Source of the DNA: an uncultured Thalassospiraceae bacterium
GTDB lineage: Bacteria; Pseudomonadota; Alphaproteobacteria; Rhodospirillales; Magnetovibrionaceae
Assembly (NCBI GenBank): GCA_965602455.1
Contig: CBFCYL010000006.1
Coordinates: 1,385 to 65,384, forward strand
Direction of reading: 5' to 3'
DNA: 64,000 bases
The notes below the pieces were generated by a model. It ran no database searches and was not told where the DNA came from. It saw only the letters and a program-made list of their open reading frames with translations. Positions 13,326-21,534 of this stretch are shown piece after piece (the first letter of the stretch is position 1; each line of letters opens with the position of its first letter). The position numbers and the translations under genes are program-made.

Positions 13326-14537
13326 ATGGCGCCGATGTCTAAACAACAGGCCAAACAACAAAAGAGAAGCCGCCGCCGGGCGACCAGCCCCAAAGTCAAT
13401 CTGGGAGCCAGCCCGACGGCCCGCCTCATGTCGTGGTTTGATGCCACGCGGCGCGACCTGCCGTGGCGTAGCGCACCGGGCGAAAAAAGAGACCCTTACC
13501 GGGTGTGGCTTTCTGAAATCATGCTCCAGCAGACCCAGGTGACGACCGCGACACCGTATTTCGAGGCCTTTGTCGAGCGCTGGGCCGATGTGGCGGCATT
13601 GGCGGGCGCTGCCGATGACGACGTGTTCAGCGCATGGGCCGGGCTGGGTTATTACGCCCGGGCGCGAAATTTGATCAAATGTGCGCGCCATGTGGCGTTT
13701 GAGCTCGGCGGGCGTTTTCCTGAGACCGAAGCTGGGCTTTTGGAACTTCCCGGTGTCGGGGCTTATACGGCCCCTGCCATTGCCGCCATCGCCTTCAACC
13801 AGCCAACCGCCCCGGTGGATGGCAACATCGCGCGCGTGCTGGCCCGGCGTCTGACGCTGGAAACCCCGTTGCCGGGGCTGAAGGGGGAAATCCGACCCGA
13901 GGTTGAAAAGCTGTTGCCGGCCGGGCGCCCCGGTGACTTCGCCGAAGCCCTGATGGACCTGGGGGCCGGTGTGTGCAAACCGAAAAAGCCCGATTGCCCG
14001 CGCTGCCCGTGGACCGGCGATTGCCGGGCAGAGGCATCCGGCACGCCGGAACGGTGGCCCCGGCGCAAAGTGGCAAAGCCCAAACCGACACGCCGGGGCT
14101 GGGTTTTCTGGCTGGAGCGCGAGCCGGGCGATGGCGATAAAAACAGCGTTGAAGTCTTTATTGTGCGCCGCCCGCAAAAAGGGTTGCTGGGCGCCATGAT
14201 GGCCTTCCCCACCACCGACTGGGCGGAAGGTGCGCCAGACACCGACATCGCACTGGATGAAGCGGATGGCCTTTTTCAGGCCCGCAAAGTGGCCGAGAGC
14301 GCCTTTGCCAGTTTCGGTAACAACAACTGGCAGGCGCTCGACGGGCGGGTGCGCCACACCTTTACGCACTTCAGCCTTGAACTTGGTGTAGTCTGTGGCC
14401 GCATCGACGGTGGCGCAATACCTGCGGCCGGGGTGGACGGGGTCTGGTGCCCCGAGGCCGAACTGGGATCCCGCGCCCTGCCGTCGGTAATGGCCAAGGT
14501 TGCCCGGCTGGTTGGCGAGGGAAAAACCGGGGGTTAG
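13326..14537 (+). CDS. mutY: A/G-specific adenine DNA glycosylase MutY
   Basis: RRDLPWR..DPYRVWLSEIMLQQTQV, HhH-GPD LPGVGAYTA, and a 4Fe-4S loop C-x6-C-x2-C-x5-C (CKPKKPDCPRCPWTGDC). An alternative start at 13428 (MSWFD..) is plausible. Confidence 0.9.
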   Translation: MAPMSKQQAKQQKRSRRRATSPKVNLGASPTARLMSWFDATRRDLPWRSAPGEKRDPYRVWLSEIMLQQTQVTTATPYFEAFVERWADVAALAGAADDDVFSAWAGLGYYARARNLIKCARHVAFELGGRFPETEAGLLELPGVGAYTAPAIAAIAFNQPTAPVDGNIARVLARRLTLETPLPGLKGEIRPEVEKLLPAGRPGDFAEALMDLGAGVCKPKKPDCPRCPWTGDCRAEASGTPERWPRRKVAKPKPTRRGWVFWLEREPGDGDKNSVEVFIVRRPQKGLLGAMMAFPTTDWAEGAPDTDIALDEADGLFQARKVAESAFASFGNNNWQALDGRVRHTFTHFSLELGVVCGRIDGGAIPAAGVDGVWCPEAELGSRALPSVMAKVARLVGEGKTGG

Positions 14538-14619
14538 ACTTAAAAATTAGCGTTCGAAACATCGGCCCTGAAATCCTATATAGTGTTGAGGGCACGATAT
14601 TTGGTTGGAAAGATAAAAA

Positions 14620-16047
14620 ATGGCTGTGGGCGGCAACATTCTTCTGGTTGAGGATACGGTTTCCCTTGCGAAAACGTACCTTGCCTATCTCAAGGACGAT
14701 CCATACGAAGTCCAGCACGTGGAACTGGGCGCCGATGCGCTGGCGGTAATTCGCGAGCGGACGCCGGATGTTATCCTGCTTGACCTGAAGCTGCCGGACA
14801 TGGACGGCATCGATATCCTGAAGCACATTTCCGAAAATGGCATTCCCAGTGCGGTGGTGGTTGTTACCGCCAATGCATCGTTGAACGTTGCCATCGAGGC
14901 AATGCGCCTTGGCGCGCTGGATTTTCTGGTCAAACCGTTCAATGCCGAGCGCCTGCGCGTTACCATTAAGAATGTTCTGGAACGCCAGCACCTCACCAAG
15001 ATTGTTGAAACCTACCGCAACGACATTGACCGCCGTGAATTCGGCGGCTTTATCGGCGCTTCCATCGCCATGCAGGCGGCATATCGAATCATCGAAAGTG
15101 CCGCCAGTTCCAAGGCAACGGTTTTTATTACGGGTGAAAGCGGCACCGGCAAGGAGCTGTGCGCCGAGGCCGTCCACAACAACAGTCCGCGTGCAGGCGG
15201 CCCGTTTGTGGCCATTAACTGTGGCGCCATTCCCAAGGACCTGATGGAAAGCGAAATTTTCGGTCACGTTAAAGGCGCCTTTACCGGCGCCGTGGCCTCG
15301 CGCGAGGGCGCTGCCGCGCGCGCCAATGGCGGCACCTTGTTTCTTGATGAAATATGCGAAATGGACCTGAACCTGCAAACCAAATTGTTGCGGTTTATCC
15401 AGACCGGAACCTTCCAGCCCGTTGGCGGCACCAAGACCGAGGAAGTGGATATACGTTTTGTTTGCGCCACCAACAAAGACCCCATGGTTGAAGTTTCCGA
15501 GGGGCGCTTTCGCGAAGACCTTTTTTACCGCCTGCACGTTATCCCCATTGCGATGCCGCCGCTAAGGGGCCGTGAAAGCGATGCTGTCGACATTGCCGAG
15601 CATCTTCTTGAGTTGTATGCCACCGAGGAAGGGAAGGCGTTTAAGGGCTTTTCAGACGAGGTGCGCGCTATTTTTCAGGCCTATCCATGGCCGGGAAACG
15701 TTCGCCAGTTGCAAAATGTTATTCGCAACATTGTGGTGCTGAATGATGCCGAGGACGTGTCAGTCGAAATGTTACCGGCACCATTGGATGAATATGTTGG
15801 CAAGGTTACGCCGATTCACGCCGGGCGCGCTGAAACTTCCGTTATCGCGCCAACATCTGCCATGGTAAAACGCGAGGCCGATATTCGCCCCCTTGAGGAA
15901 ACGGAACGCGAAACCATCGAAACCGCCATCGAGGTTTGCGGTGGAAATGTTCCCAAGGCGGCGGCGTATCTGGGCATTTCGGCGTCAACCATTTACCGCA
16001 AGCGCCAGAGTTGGGAAGAAAAAACCGACCATGCTTCCGAGGCCTAG
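14620..16047 (+). CDS. luxO: Sigma54-dependent response regulator, LuxO-like
   Basis: Receiver domain (LLDLKLPDMDG). AAA+ domain with GESGTGKE, GAFTGA (GHVKGAFTGA), and LQTKLLRFIQTGTFQ. C-terminal HTH (AAAYLGISASTIYRKRQSW). Long stretches match Vibrio LuxO as I remember it. Confidence 0.8.
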   Translation: MAVGGNILLVEDTVSLAKTYLAYLKDDPYEVQHVELGADALAVIRERTPDVILLDLKLPDMDGIDILKHISENGIPSAVVVVTANASLNVAIEAMRLGALDFLVKPFNAERLRVTIKNVLERQHLTKIVETYRNDIDRREFGGFIGASIAMQAAYRIIESAASSKATVFITGESGTGKELCAEAVHNNSPRAGGPFVAINCGAIPKDLMESEIFGHVKGAFTGAVASREGAAARANGGTLFLDEICEMDLNLQTKLLRFIQTGTFQPVGGTKTEEVDIRFVCATNKDPMVEVSEGRFREDLFYRLHVIPIAMPPLRGRESDAVDIAEHLLELYATEEGKAFKGFSDEVRAIFQAYPWPGNVRQLQNVIRNIVVLNDAEDVSVEMLPAPLDEYVGKVTPIHAGRAETSVIAPTSAMVKREADIRPLEETERETIETAIEVCGGNVPKAAAYLGISASTIYRKRQSWEEKTDHASEA

Positions 16048-16048
16048 C

Positions 16049-16435
16049 TCAGGAAGCTGATACGACCAACTCAGCGGCCAGCGTTTCGGCTGCATCGACC
16101 GTGGCGGGCAGGTTGCGCACCAGCAATTCATAGCATTTGGCGATGGCTTCGTGGTCGGCCGTGTCGCAGGCTTGCTCAAGGGCCAGGGCAACTTCGGCGC
16201 CTTCGGGCGCGCCGTAGGTGCGGCAAAGCCCCTTAAGCGAGTGGGCGTGCAGGCGCATTGCAGCCGGGTCACCGTGGCTATTGACCAGGGCATCAAGAAG
16301 ACTCATCCGGTCGTTCACATCCAATTTGAATTGGCCGAAAAGCTCCATCACGTTTTCAGCGCCGACATCCGCGATCATTTGCTCAATAAGGGCTTTATCG
16401 GTCATATCCATCTCGCGCCTTGCGTTAATCGTCAT
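16049..16435 (-). CDS. Hpt (histidine phosphotransfer) protein, LuxU-like
   Basis: About 118-128 aa with HAHSLKG phosphohistidine motif and four-helix-bundle length. Possible starts at 16435, 16411 or 16405. The 16435 ATG overlaps the apt stop (TAATG). Confidence 0.7.
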   Translation of the reverse strand: MTINARREMDMTDKALIEQMIADVGAENVMELFGQFKLDVNDRMSLLDALVNSHGDPAAMRLHAHSLKGLCRTYGAPEGAEVALALEQACDTADHEAIAKCYELLVRNLPATVDAAETLAAELVVSAS

Positions 16436-16950
16436 TAATCATCGTAGGAAATCAACGCTTCGAAGGGGATGTCCAGGCGATCCTGCCCGTTCAGGAAAGT
16501 CAGCTCGATAATTGTCGCCGCGCCGGTTACGTTGCCGCCGACTTTTTTGCACAGGTTAATGGTCGCTTCCATGGTGCCGCCGGTAGCCAGCAGGTCATCC
16601 AGAATCACAACGCGCTGACCGGGTGCGATGGCATCATCTTGTATTTCGAGGATATCGGTGCCGTATTCAAGCGCATATTCGTATTGCACCGTTTTGCCGG
16701 GCAATTTGCCTTTTTTTCTGGCCATCACGAAACCGCAGCCCAGCTTAAGCGCCAACGGGGCGGCAACCAGAAAGCCGCGCGATTCAATGCCAACCAATAT
16801 GTCCGGCTGCCATGCACCGATCATGCGGGCCATGCGGCCCATGGCCACCTGCCAGGCGTCCGGGTGCGCAAGCAGGGTTGAGACGTCGTAAAACAAGATG
16901 CCCGGTTTTGGAAAATCCGGTATGGCGCGAATGTGGTCCTTAATATCCAT
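16435..16950 (-). CDS. apt: Adenine phosphoribosyltransferase
   Basis: [27 protein letters not shown] and PRPP loop [14 protein letters not shown] take the internal ATG at 16950. Confidence 0.92.
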   Translation of the reverse strand: MDIKDHIRAIPDFPKPGILFYDVSTLLAHPDAWQVAMGRMARMIGAWQPDILVGIESRGFLVAAPLALKLGCGFVMARKKGKLPGKTVQYEYALEYGTDILEIQDDAIAPGQRVVILDDLLATGGTMEATINLCKKVGGNVTGAATIIELTFLNGQDRLDIPFEALISYDD

Positions 16951-17085
16951 ATTCTGGATAACCCCTATTTTGTTGATTTGCGGTGTTGGGATAATAGCGA
17001 ACGAGCGGCCAAAGAAACAAGGGCGCGCCGAAAAAAACGGCACGCCCCTGGTTTGGATACATCTACCGGGCCAATGGGCCGGGCC

Positions 17086-17460
17086 TTAGTGGCTTTTCAG
17101 ATATTCGATGACGGCGGCTCTTTCTTCGGCCTTTTTCAGCTTGAAGCTCATGGACGTTTTCTTGCCGAGGAACTTCTTGGGGTTGGCCAGCCAGCCATCC
17201 AGGCTGGTGTCGTCCCAAACGATGTCAGAACCGGCCAGGCCCTTGTATTTACTGAAGCCATCCACGGTTCCGGCCTGCTTGCCGACAATGCCAGCCAATG
17301 ACGGGCCGACCTTGTGCTTGCCCGCATCGGTGCTATGGCAGCTTTTGCAGCGTTTTTTAAACACCGCCTCGCCAGCCTCGTTTCCACTGGCCGAGGCATT
17401 AAGGGGAAGGGTGAAAAGGAACACCGCGGCAATGGCGGCGGAAAGGGCATGTTTGATCAT
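17086..17460 (-). CDS. Class I c-type cytochrome (c2/c550-like), paralogue 1
   Basis: Signal peptide, a single CKSCH haem motif, GPSLAG, and a distal Met in KKTSMSFKL. Confidence 0.88.
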   Translation of the reverse strand: MIKHALSAAIAAVFLFTLPLNASASGNEAGEAVFKKRCKSCHSTDAGKHKVGPSLAGIVGKQAGTVDGFSKYKGLAGSDIVWDDTSLDGWLANPKKFLGKKTSMSFKLKKAEERAAVIEYLKSH

Positions 17461-17595
17461 GGGCTCGGGGTCTCCATTGCTAAAAGGCATCAGCGGCTCG
17501 AGCGCGAGTATAGCATCACCGGGCGATGGGCACATGACCGGGGTCAAGCCTGCCCCTTAACCCAAAAAACCGGGGCCCTGCCTTGCAAATCCAAG

Positions 17596-17630
17596 CAAAA
17601 ACCCCCGCCTGGCGGCTGCCGACGGGGGTT
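17596..17630 (-). terminator. Rho-independent terminator of cytochrome c paralogue 2
   Basis: On the minus strand: CCCCCG-loop-CGGGGG followed by TTTTTG. Confidence 0.65.
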
Positions 17631-17656
17631 TGCGGGTCGTAAGCGAGGGGAGATTC

Positions 17657-18034
17657 TCAAAGGGTTTTGAGATACTCAATCACCTCTTCGCGTTCATCTT
17701 CCTTCTTCAGCTTGAAGGTCATGGGTGTGCTTTTGCCGATAAACTTCTTGGGATTGGCCAACCAGCCGTCGAGCTGGGCCTCATCCCAGATGATGTCGGA
17801 ATTTTTTAACCCCTTGTAATTGGTGTAGCCGTCGACGGTACCGGCGGTGCGCCCAAATACGCCAGCCAACGACGGGCCGGTCTTGTGCTTGCCGGCTTCG
17901 GTGGCGTGGCAGCTTTTGCAGCGTTTCTTGAAAACCTTCTCGCCCGCTTCGCTGGCCGATGCGGCGGCGGGAAGGGCAAACAGGAAAGCCGCGGCAAGGG
18001 CGACGGAAAGATGTTGGTTAAACTTATTGCTCAT
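17657..18034 (-). CDS. Class I c-type cytochrome, paralogue 2
   Basis: Signal peptide, CKSCH, GPSLAG and TPMTFKL. Highly similar to paralogue 1. Confidence 0.88.
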   Translation of the reverse strand: MSNKFNQHLSVALAAAFLFALPAAASASEAGEKVFKKRCKSCHATEAGKHKTGPSLAGVFGRTAGTVDGYTNYKGLKNSDIIWDEAQLDGWLANPKKFIGKSTPMTFKLKKEDEREEVIEYLKTL

Positions 18035-18186
18035 GAGGGGGGTCTCCGTTGCGGTTTTTGATTTTATACCAGATGGGTACCGGTCGGCGGCCCATCAAGT
18101 GCCGCGGAGTATAACGGTTGAACCTGAGCGCTACATGAACAAAATCGAATATATCGTTTCAATATATATTGCAAATAGTTAGGCAT

Positions 18187-18225
18187 GAAAAAACCCCGCC
18201 GGACTTGATGCCAACGGGGTTTTTT
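18187..18225. terminator. Bidirectional hairpin terminator
   Basis: AAAAAACCCCG-loop-CGGGGTTTTTT immediately downstream of the 18245 gene. Confidence 0.65.
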
Positions 18226-18244
18226 ATGGTTTGCGAAAAGCGGG

Positions 18245-18622
18245 TCAGCCGTTCTTTTTGAGGTACTCGATGATTTCCTCGCGGTCTTCCGCCTTCTTGA
18301 TTTTGACGCTCATGGCCGTTTTTTTGTCGATCCCCTTGGATTTCAGAAAATCCTTCTGGTTGGTGATCCAGGCATCAAGCGTGGCTTCGTCCCAGGTGAA
18401 GCTGGCGCCCTTGAGGGCCTTGAATTTCTTGAAACCGGTGGAGCCTGCCTTGCGACCAACCACGCCCTTGAGCGCGGGGCCAATGGCGTCTTTATCCATC
18501 TTGTGGCAGACGCCACATTTTTTCTTGAAAAGTTTGCCGCCATCAGCGTCGGCGCTTGCCATGCCGGAAGTGGTGGCAATGGCCATGGCGAGCCCAAAGG
18601 CTACGAAATGTTTGGTTTTCAT
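18245..18622 (-). CDS. Class I c-type cytochrome, paralogue 3 (more divergent)
   Basis: Signal peptide, CGVCH, GPALKG and TAMSVKI. I take the internal ATG at 18622. Confidence 0.85.
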   Translation of the reverse strand: MKTKHFVAFGLAMAIATTSGMASADADGGKLFKKKCGVCHKMDKDAIGPALKGVVGRKAGSTGFKKFKALKGASFTWDEATLDAWITNQKDFLKSKGIDKKTAMSVKIKKAEDREEIIEYLKKNG

Positions 18623-18887
18623 GATTTTGGTATCTCCAACTGGTTTCGCAAAGTGGTTGCTTGTGCTCCCCCCTAAAAAGAGCGTCCGCTTTTCTAGCCC
18701 ACAGCAGGCCACATAGCAATGTACACAACATAAGTTCGGCGGGGGCAGGCTGTTGCAATCTTGAAATAGTACCGCGTAATCAGGGCCAAAAAGCGGCAAA
18801 ACCCCTAAAAAAGCCTGAAAAACGCATAGAATTGGCAAAAAGCAGCCGGTTGCGCTTTTTGCTGAATTTTATTTGGGCCTAAAGGGC

Positions 18888-20057
18888 CTAAAGCCCGTTG
18901 AGTTCCTGCCAGATGGCGTAATCGCGCCGGAAGGCCTCCAGAGAGGCCCAGACCCGTGCGAAATTGGCGTCTTTGCCTGCCTCCGCCTGCACCACGTCAA
19001 ACCAGGCCCGGCGCATGGCCGACAGCACCAGATCGGACCAACGATGCACCTCTACACCCTGCAGCCCGAGTGCCTTCAGGGCCGCAAACTGCCCGCCGCC
19101 GCCCGCCGCCATGCCATAGCGCACATTATCGCCGCACACGGTTTCCACCTGGGCGCGCGCATTTTTGGGCAGACCTTCCCAGACCTTGGCGTTGACCATC
19201 AGGGCAAATAACGATGCCGGCTGGTGCCAGCCGGGGAAGTAGTAGTGCTTGGCGACCCGGTGAAAGCCCAGTTCGGCATCGACGCTGGGCATGGAAAATT
19301 CGGCCCCGTCGAGGCGGCCGTCTTCCAGCGCACCGAGGATTTCACCCGCACCCAGTTCCACCACATCAGCGCCCAGCGCACTCAGCACCTTGCCGCCCAG
19401 GCCGAAGGCCCTGATTTTCAGTTTCCTGAAATCGCCGGTGGTGCGCACTGGCCTCTTGAACCAGCCCGAAGCTTCCGCCGGAATGGCACCGCAAATGATG
19501 GCGTGAACACCACGGTCGGAGAACAAATCCTGAAACATGGCTGCGCCACCGCCGAAATAATACCAGGCGATATATTCCTCGGCCGACGGCCCGAAGGGAA
19601 CGGATGAAAACAATTGCAACGCCGGGATTTCCCTCCCCCACTGGCCGGGCGCGGCGAAGGCGGCTTCCAGGGTGCCCGAAGCCACGGCCTCGAAGGTGTC
19701 TTTTTCCGGCACCATGACGCCGGGGCCAAACACCTTCATCTCGAAGGCGCCGCCCGAAAGGCGCACCAGTTCGCTTTCCAGGCGGGTGGCCAGTGCGCCC
19801 AGTGCGGGCAGTTCACGAGCGAAGGCGCTGGCGACACGCAACCTGATGGCGGGCTGGCCGCTCGCTATTGTTGATGCGGTGGAAAAGGCTTTGGGCGCCG
19901 GGGCCGGCGTGGTCTCGGTGTTCAGGCGTTCCAGCGTTTCCTCGCCGTGGGGCGCTGTTCTTGACTGGGCTTGTTGCAGGCGCGGCGCAATGACGCTGGC
20001 GCCTATCATGACGCCAACCACAACGCCGACTACAATGCCAATAATGGTGTTGCGCAT
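18888..20057 (-). CDS. TRAP-transporter solute-binding protein (DctP superfamily, mannitol/chloroaromatic-type), apparently membrane-anchored
   Basis: AWYYFGGG and HYYFPGWHQP motifs typical of this SBP group. The N-terminal hydrophobic helix MRNTIIGIVVGVVVGVMIGASVIAP does not look like a Tat or Sec cleavable signal. No dctQ/dctM lie nearby. Confidence 0.7.
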   Translation of the reverse strand: MRNTIIGIVVGVVVGVMIGASVIAPRLQQAQSRTAPHGEETLERLNTETTPAPAPKAFSTASTIASGQPAIRLRVASAFARELPALGALATRLESELVRLSGGAFEMKVFGPGVMVPEKDTFEAVASGTLEAAFAAPGQWGREIPALQLFSSVPFGPSAEEYIAWYYFGGGAAMFQDLFSDRGVHAIICGAIPAEASGWFKRPVRTTGDFRKLKIRAFGLGGKVLSALGADVVELGAGEILGALEDGRLDGAEFSMPSVDAELGFHRVAKHYYFPGWHQPASLFALMVNAKVWEGLPKNARAQVETVCGDNVRYGMAAGGGGQFAALKALGLQGVEVHRWSDLVLSAMRRAWFDVVQAEAGKDANFARVWASLEAFRRDYAIWQELNGL

Positions 20058-20167
20058 GGTCCCCGTTTTCCCCTTGGGCCCTTTGGTCAATGGCGGCCCT
20101 TTCGCGGCGGGAGGATAGCACACCGCCTGCATTGGGGAAGGGGGTCTTGGCACCCCAACGGGGGATA

Positions 20168-20211
20168 AAAAAGCTAAACCCCACAGCTTCATAAAGAAGA
20201 CTGCGGGGTTT
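20168..20211 (-). terminator. Hairpin terminator (minus strand)
   Basis: On the minus strand: CCCCGCAG-loop-CUGUGGGG (one G.U pair) followed by TTTAGCTTTTTT. Confidence 0.5.
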
Positions 20212-20215
20212 GAAG

Positions 20216-20252
<37 letters not shown>

Positions 20253-20295
20253 GGGGTGTGGGGTGTCCCCGCAAATAAACAGCAGGGGGAAATAG

Positions 20296-20325
20296 TAAAA
20301 CCCCCACCGGTTTCCCGATGGGGGT
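20296..20325 (-). terminator. Terminator of tRNA-Pro
   Basis: On the minus strand: CCCCCA-loop-TGGGGG followed by TTTT, a few nt after the CCA end. Confidence 0.6.
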
Positions 20326-20328
20326 TAA

Positions 20329-20406
<78 letters not shown>

Positions 20407-20435
20407 ATCATGACCCTGATATCTCAGGGTGGCGC

Positions 20436-20464
20436 TTTATAGCCTTGCCCTCTGCCTGTGGCAA
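20436..20464 (-). promoter_or_regulatory. Sigma70-type promoter for tRNA-Pro
   Basis: On the minus strand: TTGCCA, a 17-nt spacer, then TATAAA, about 30 nt upstream of the mature 5' end. Confidence 0.55.
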
Positions 20465-20491
20465 GAACCTCCGGGGCCTGTGGCAAGAACC
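20454..20491. repeat. Two 16-nt direct repeats (GCCTGTGGCAAGAACC) spaced 22 bp apart
   Basis: Exact copies at 20454-20469 and 20476-20491. The first contains the -35 of the tRNA-Pro promoter. Confidence 0.9.
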
Positions 20492-20516
20492 CTGCGTTAG
20501 CGGTTGGGGGGTGAGC

Positions 20517-21533
20517 CTAAAACGCGCGCTCGATACAGAAATCGACAGTTTCGGCCATGGCCTCCTTGATGGGGCTTTCAGGAAAGATGCCCAGTGCGTC
20601 ACGCGCAATGGCGCCATAATGGCGGGCCCTCTCGACGGTGTCGGCCAGGGCGCCGTGTTTTTCCAGCAGTTCGCGGGCGCGATCTATGTCGCCTTCCGCC
20701 TGATCCATGTCTTCCAGGGTGCGCCGCCAGAAGGCGCGTTCGTCGTCATTGCCGCGGTGGAAAGCCAGAATAATGGGTAACGTCACCTTACCCTCGCGGA
20801 AGTCGTCGCCGATGGACTTGCCCAGCGTTACCTCGCGGGCGGAAAAATCGAGCACATCGTCAATCAGCTGGAAAGCAACGCCGAGGTTCTGGCCATAAGC
20901 GGCCAGCGCTTCCTGCTCGACCTTGGGGCGTTCGGCAACCACCGCGCCCAGCTCGCACGCGGCGGCGAAAAGAATAGCGGTTTTGGATTCAATGACCTCA
21001 AGATAAGCCGTTTCGCTGGTGCCGGTGTCGTTGGCGGTCATCAGTTGCATGACCTCGCCTTCGGCCAGAATTGCCGATGCCGACGAAAGAATGCGCAGCA
21101 CTTCCAAGGAGCCGTCTTCGACCATCAATTCGAACGAACGCGAAAACAGAAAATCCCCCACCAGCACACTGGCCTGGTTGCCCCACAGCGCGTTGGCACT
21201 ATCAAGGCCGCGGCGCAGTTCGCTGGCGTCTACCACGTCATCGTGCAGCAGGGTGGCGGTGTGGATGAATTCTATGCACGTGGCCAGCAACACCTGGCGG
21301 CTGCCTTCGTAGCCGCACAGTTTGGAAGATGCCAGCGTCAACATGGGGCGCAGGCGCTTGCCACCGGCGGCGATGATATGCCCGGCCAGCTCCGGGATCA
21401 GGCTGACGGGCGAATGCATCCGCGTCACGATCTCTTCGTTGACGGCCTTGAGGTCGTCGGTGATCAGTACGCCAAGGCGGTCCAACGGTGATGGCTGGTC
21501 GCGTTTTTCATCCAGATTGACGACAATACCCAA
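20517..21533 (-). CDS. ispB: Polyprenyl (octaprenyl) diphosphate synthase
   Basis: GGKRLRP, FARM LLHDDVVD..RRG, and second Asp-rich motif QLIDDVLDF. TTG start as listed; the true start is uncertain. Confidence 0.9.
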   Translation of the reverse strand: MGIVVNLDEKRDQPSPLDRLGVLITDDLKAVNEEIVTRMHSPVSLIPELAGHIIAAGGKRLRPMLTLASSKLCGYEGSRQVLLATCIEFIHTATLLHDDVVDASELRRGLDSANALWGNQASVLVGDFLFSRSFELMVEDGSLEVLRILSSASAILAEGEVMQLMTANDTGTSETAYLEVIESKTAILFAAACELGAVVAERPKVEQEALAAYGQNLGVAFQLIDDVLDFSAREVTLGKSIGDDFREGKVTLPIILAFHRGNDDERAFWRRTLEDMDQAEGDIDRARELLEKHGALADTVERARHYGAIARDALGIFPESPIKEAMAETVDFCIERAF

Positions 21534-21534
21534 G

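Noticed and set aside
12744-14537. Two very long mutually antisense ORFs (541 aa on the minus strand, 557 aa on the plus strand) spanning the DUF721/mutY region.
   Set aside because: Only the DUF721-like C-terminal 191 codons (minus) and the MutY portion (plus) have recognisable protein features. The remainder is stop-codon-poor antisense of a GC-rich gene (Arg/Pro/Gly/Ala-rich nonsense).
14590-14604. GGGCACGATATTTGG just upstream of the LuxO-like start, which looks like a sigma54 -24/-12 element.
   Set aside because: The essential -12 GC is replaced by GG and the first T by G. It sits only about 15 nt from the ATG. I do not trust it as a promoter.
14371-15537. 388-aa ORF on the minus strand.
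   Set aside because: It lies entirely antisense to the well-supported LuxO-like gene and the mutY 3' end. It has low-complexity composition and no motifs.
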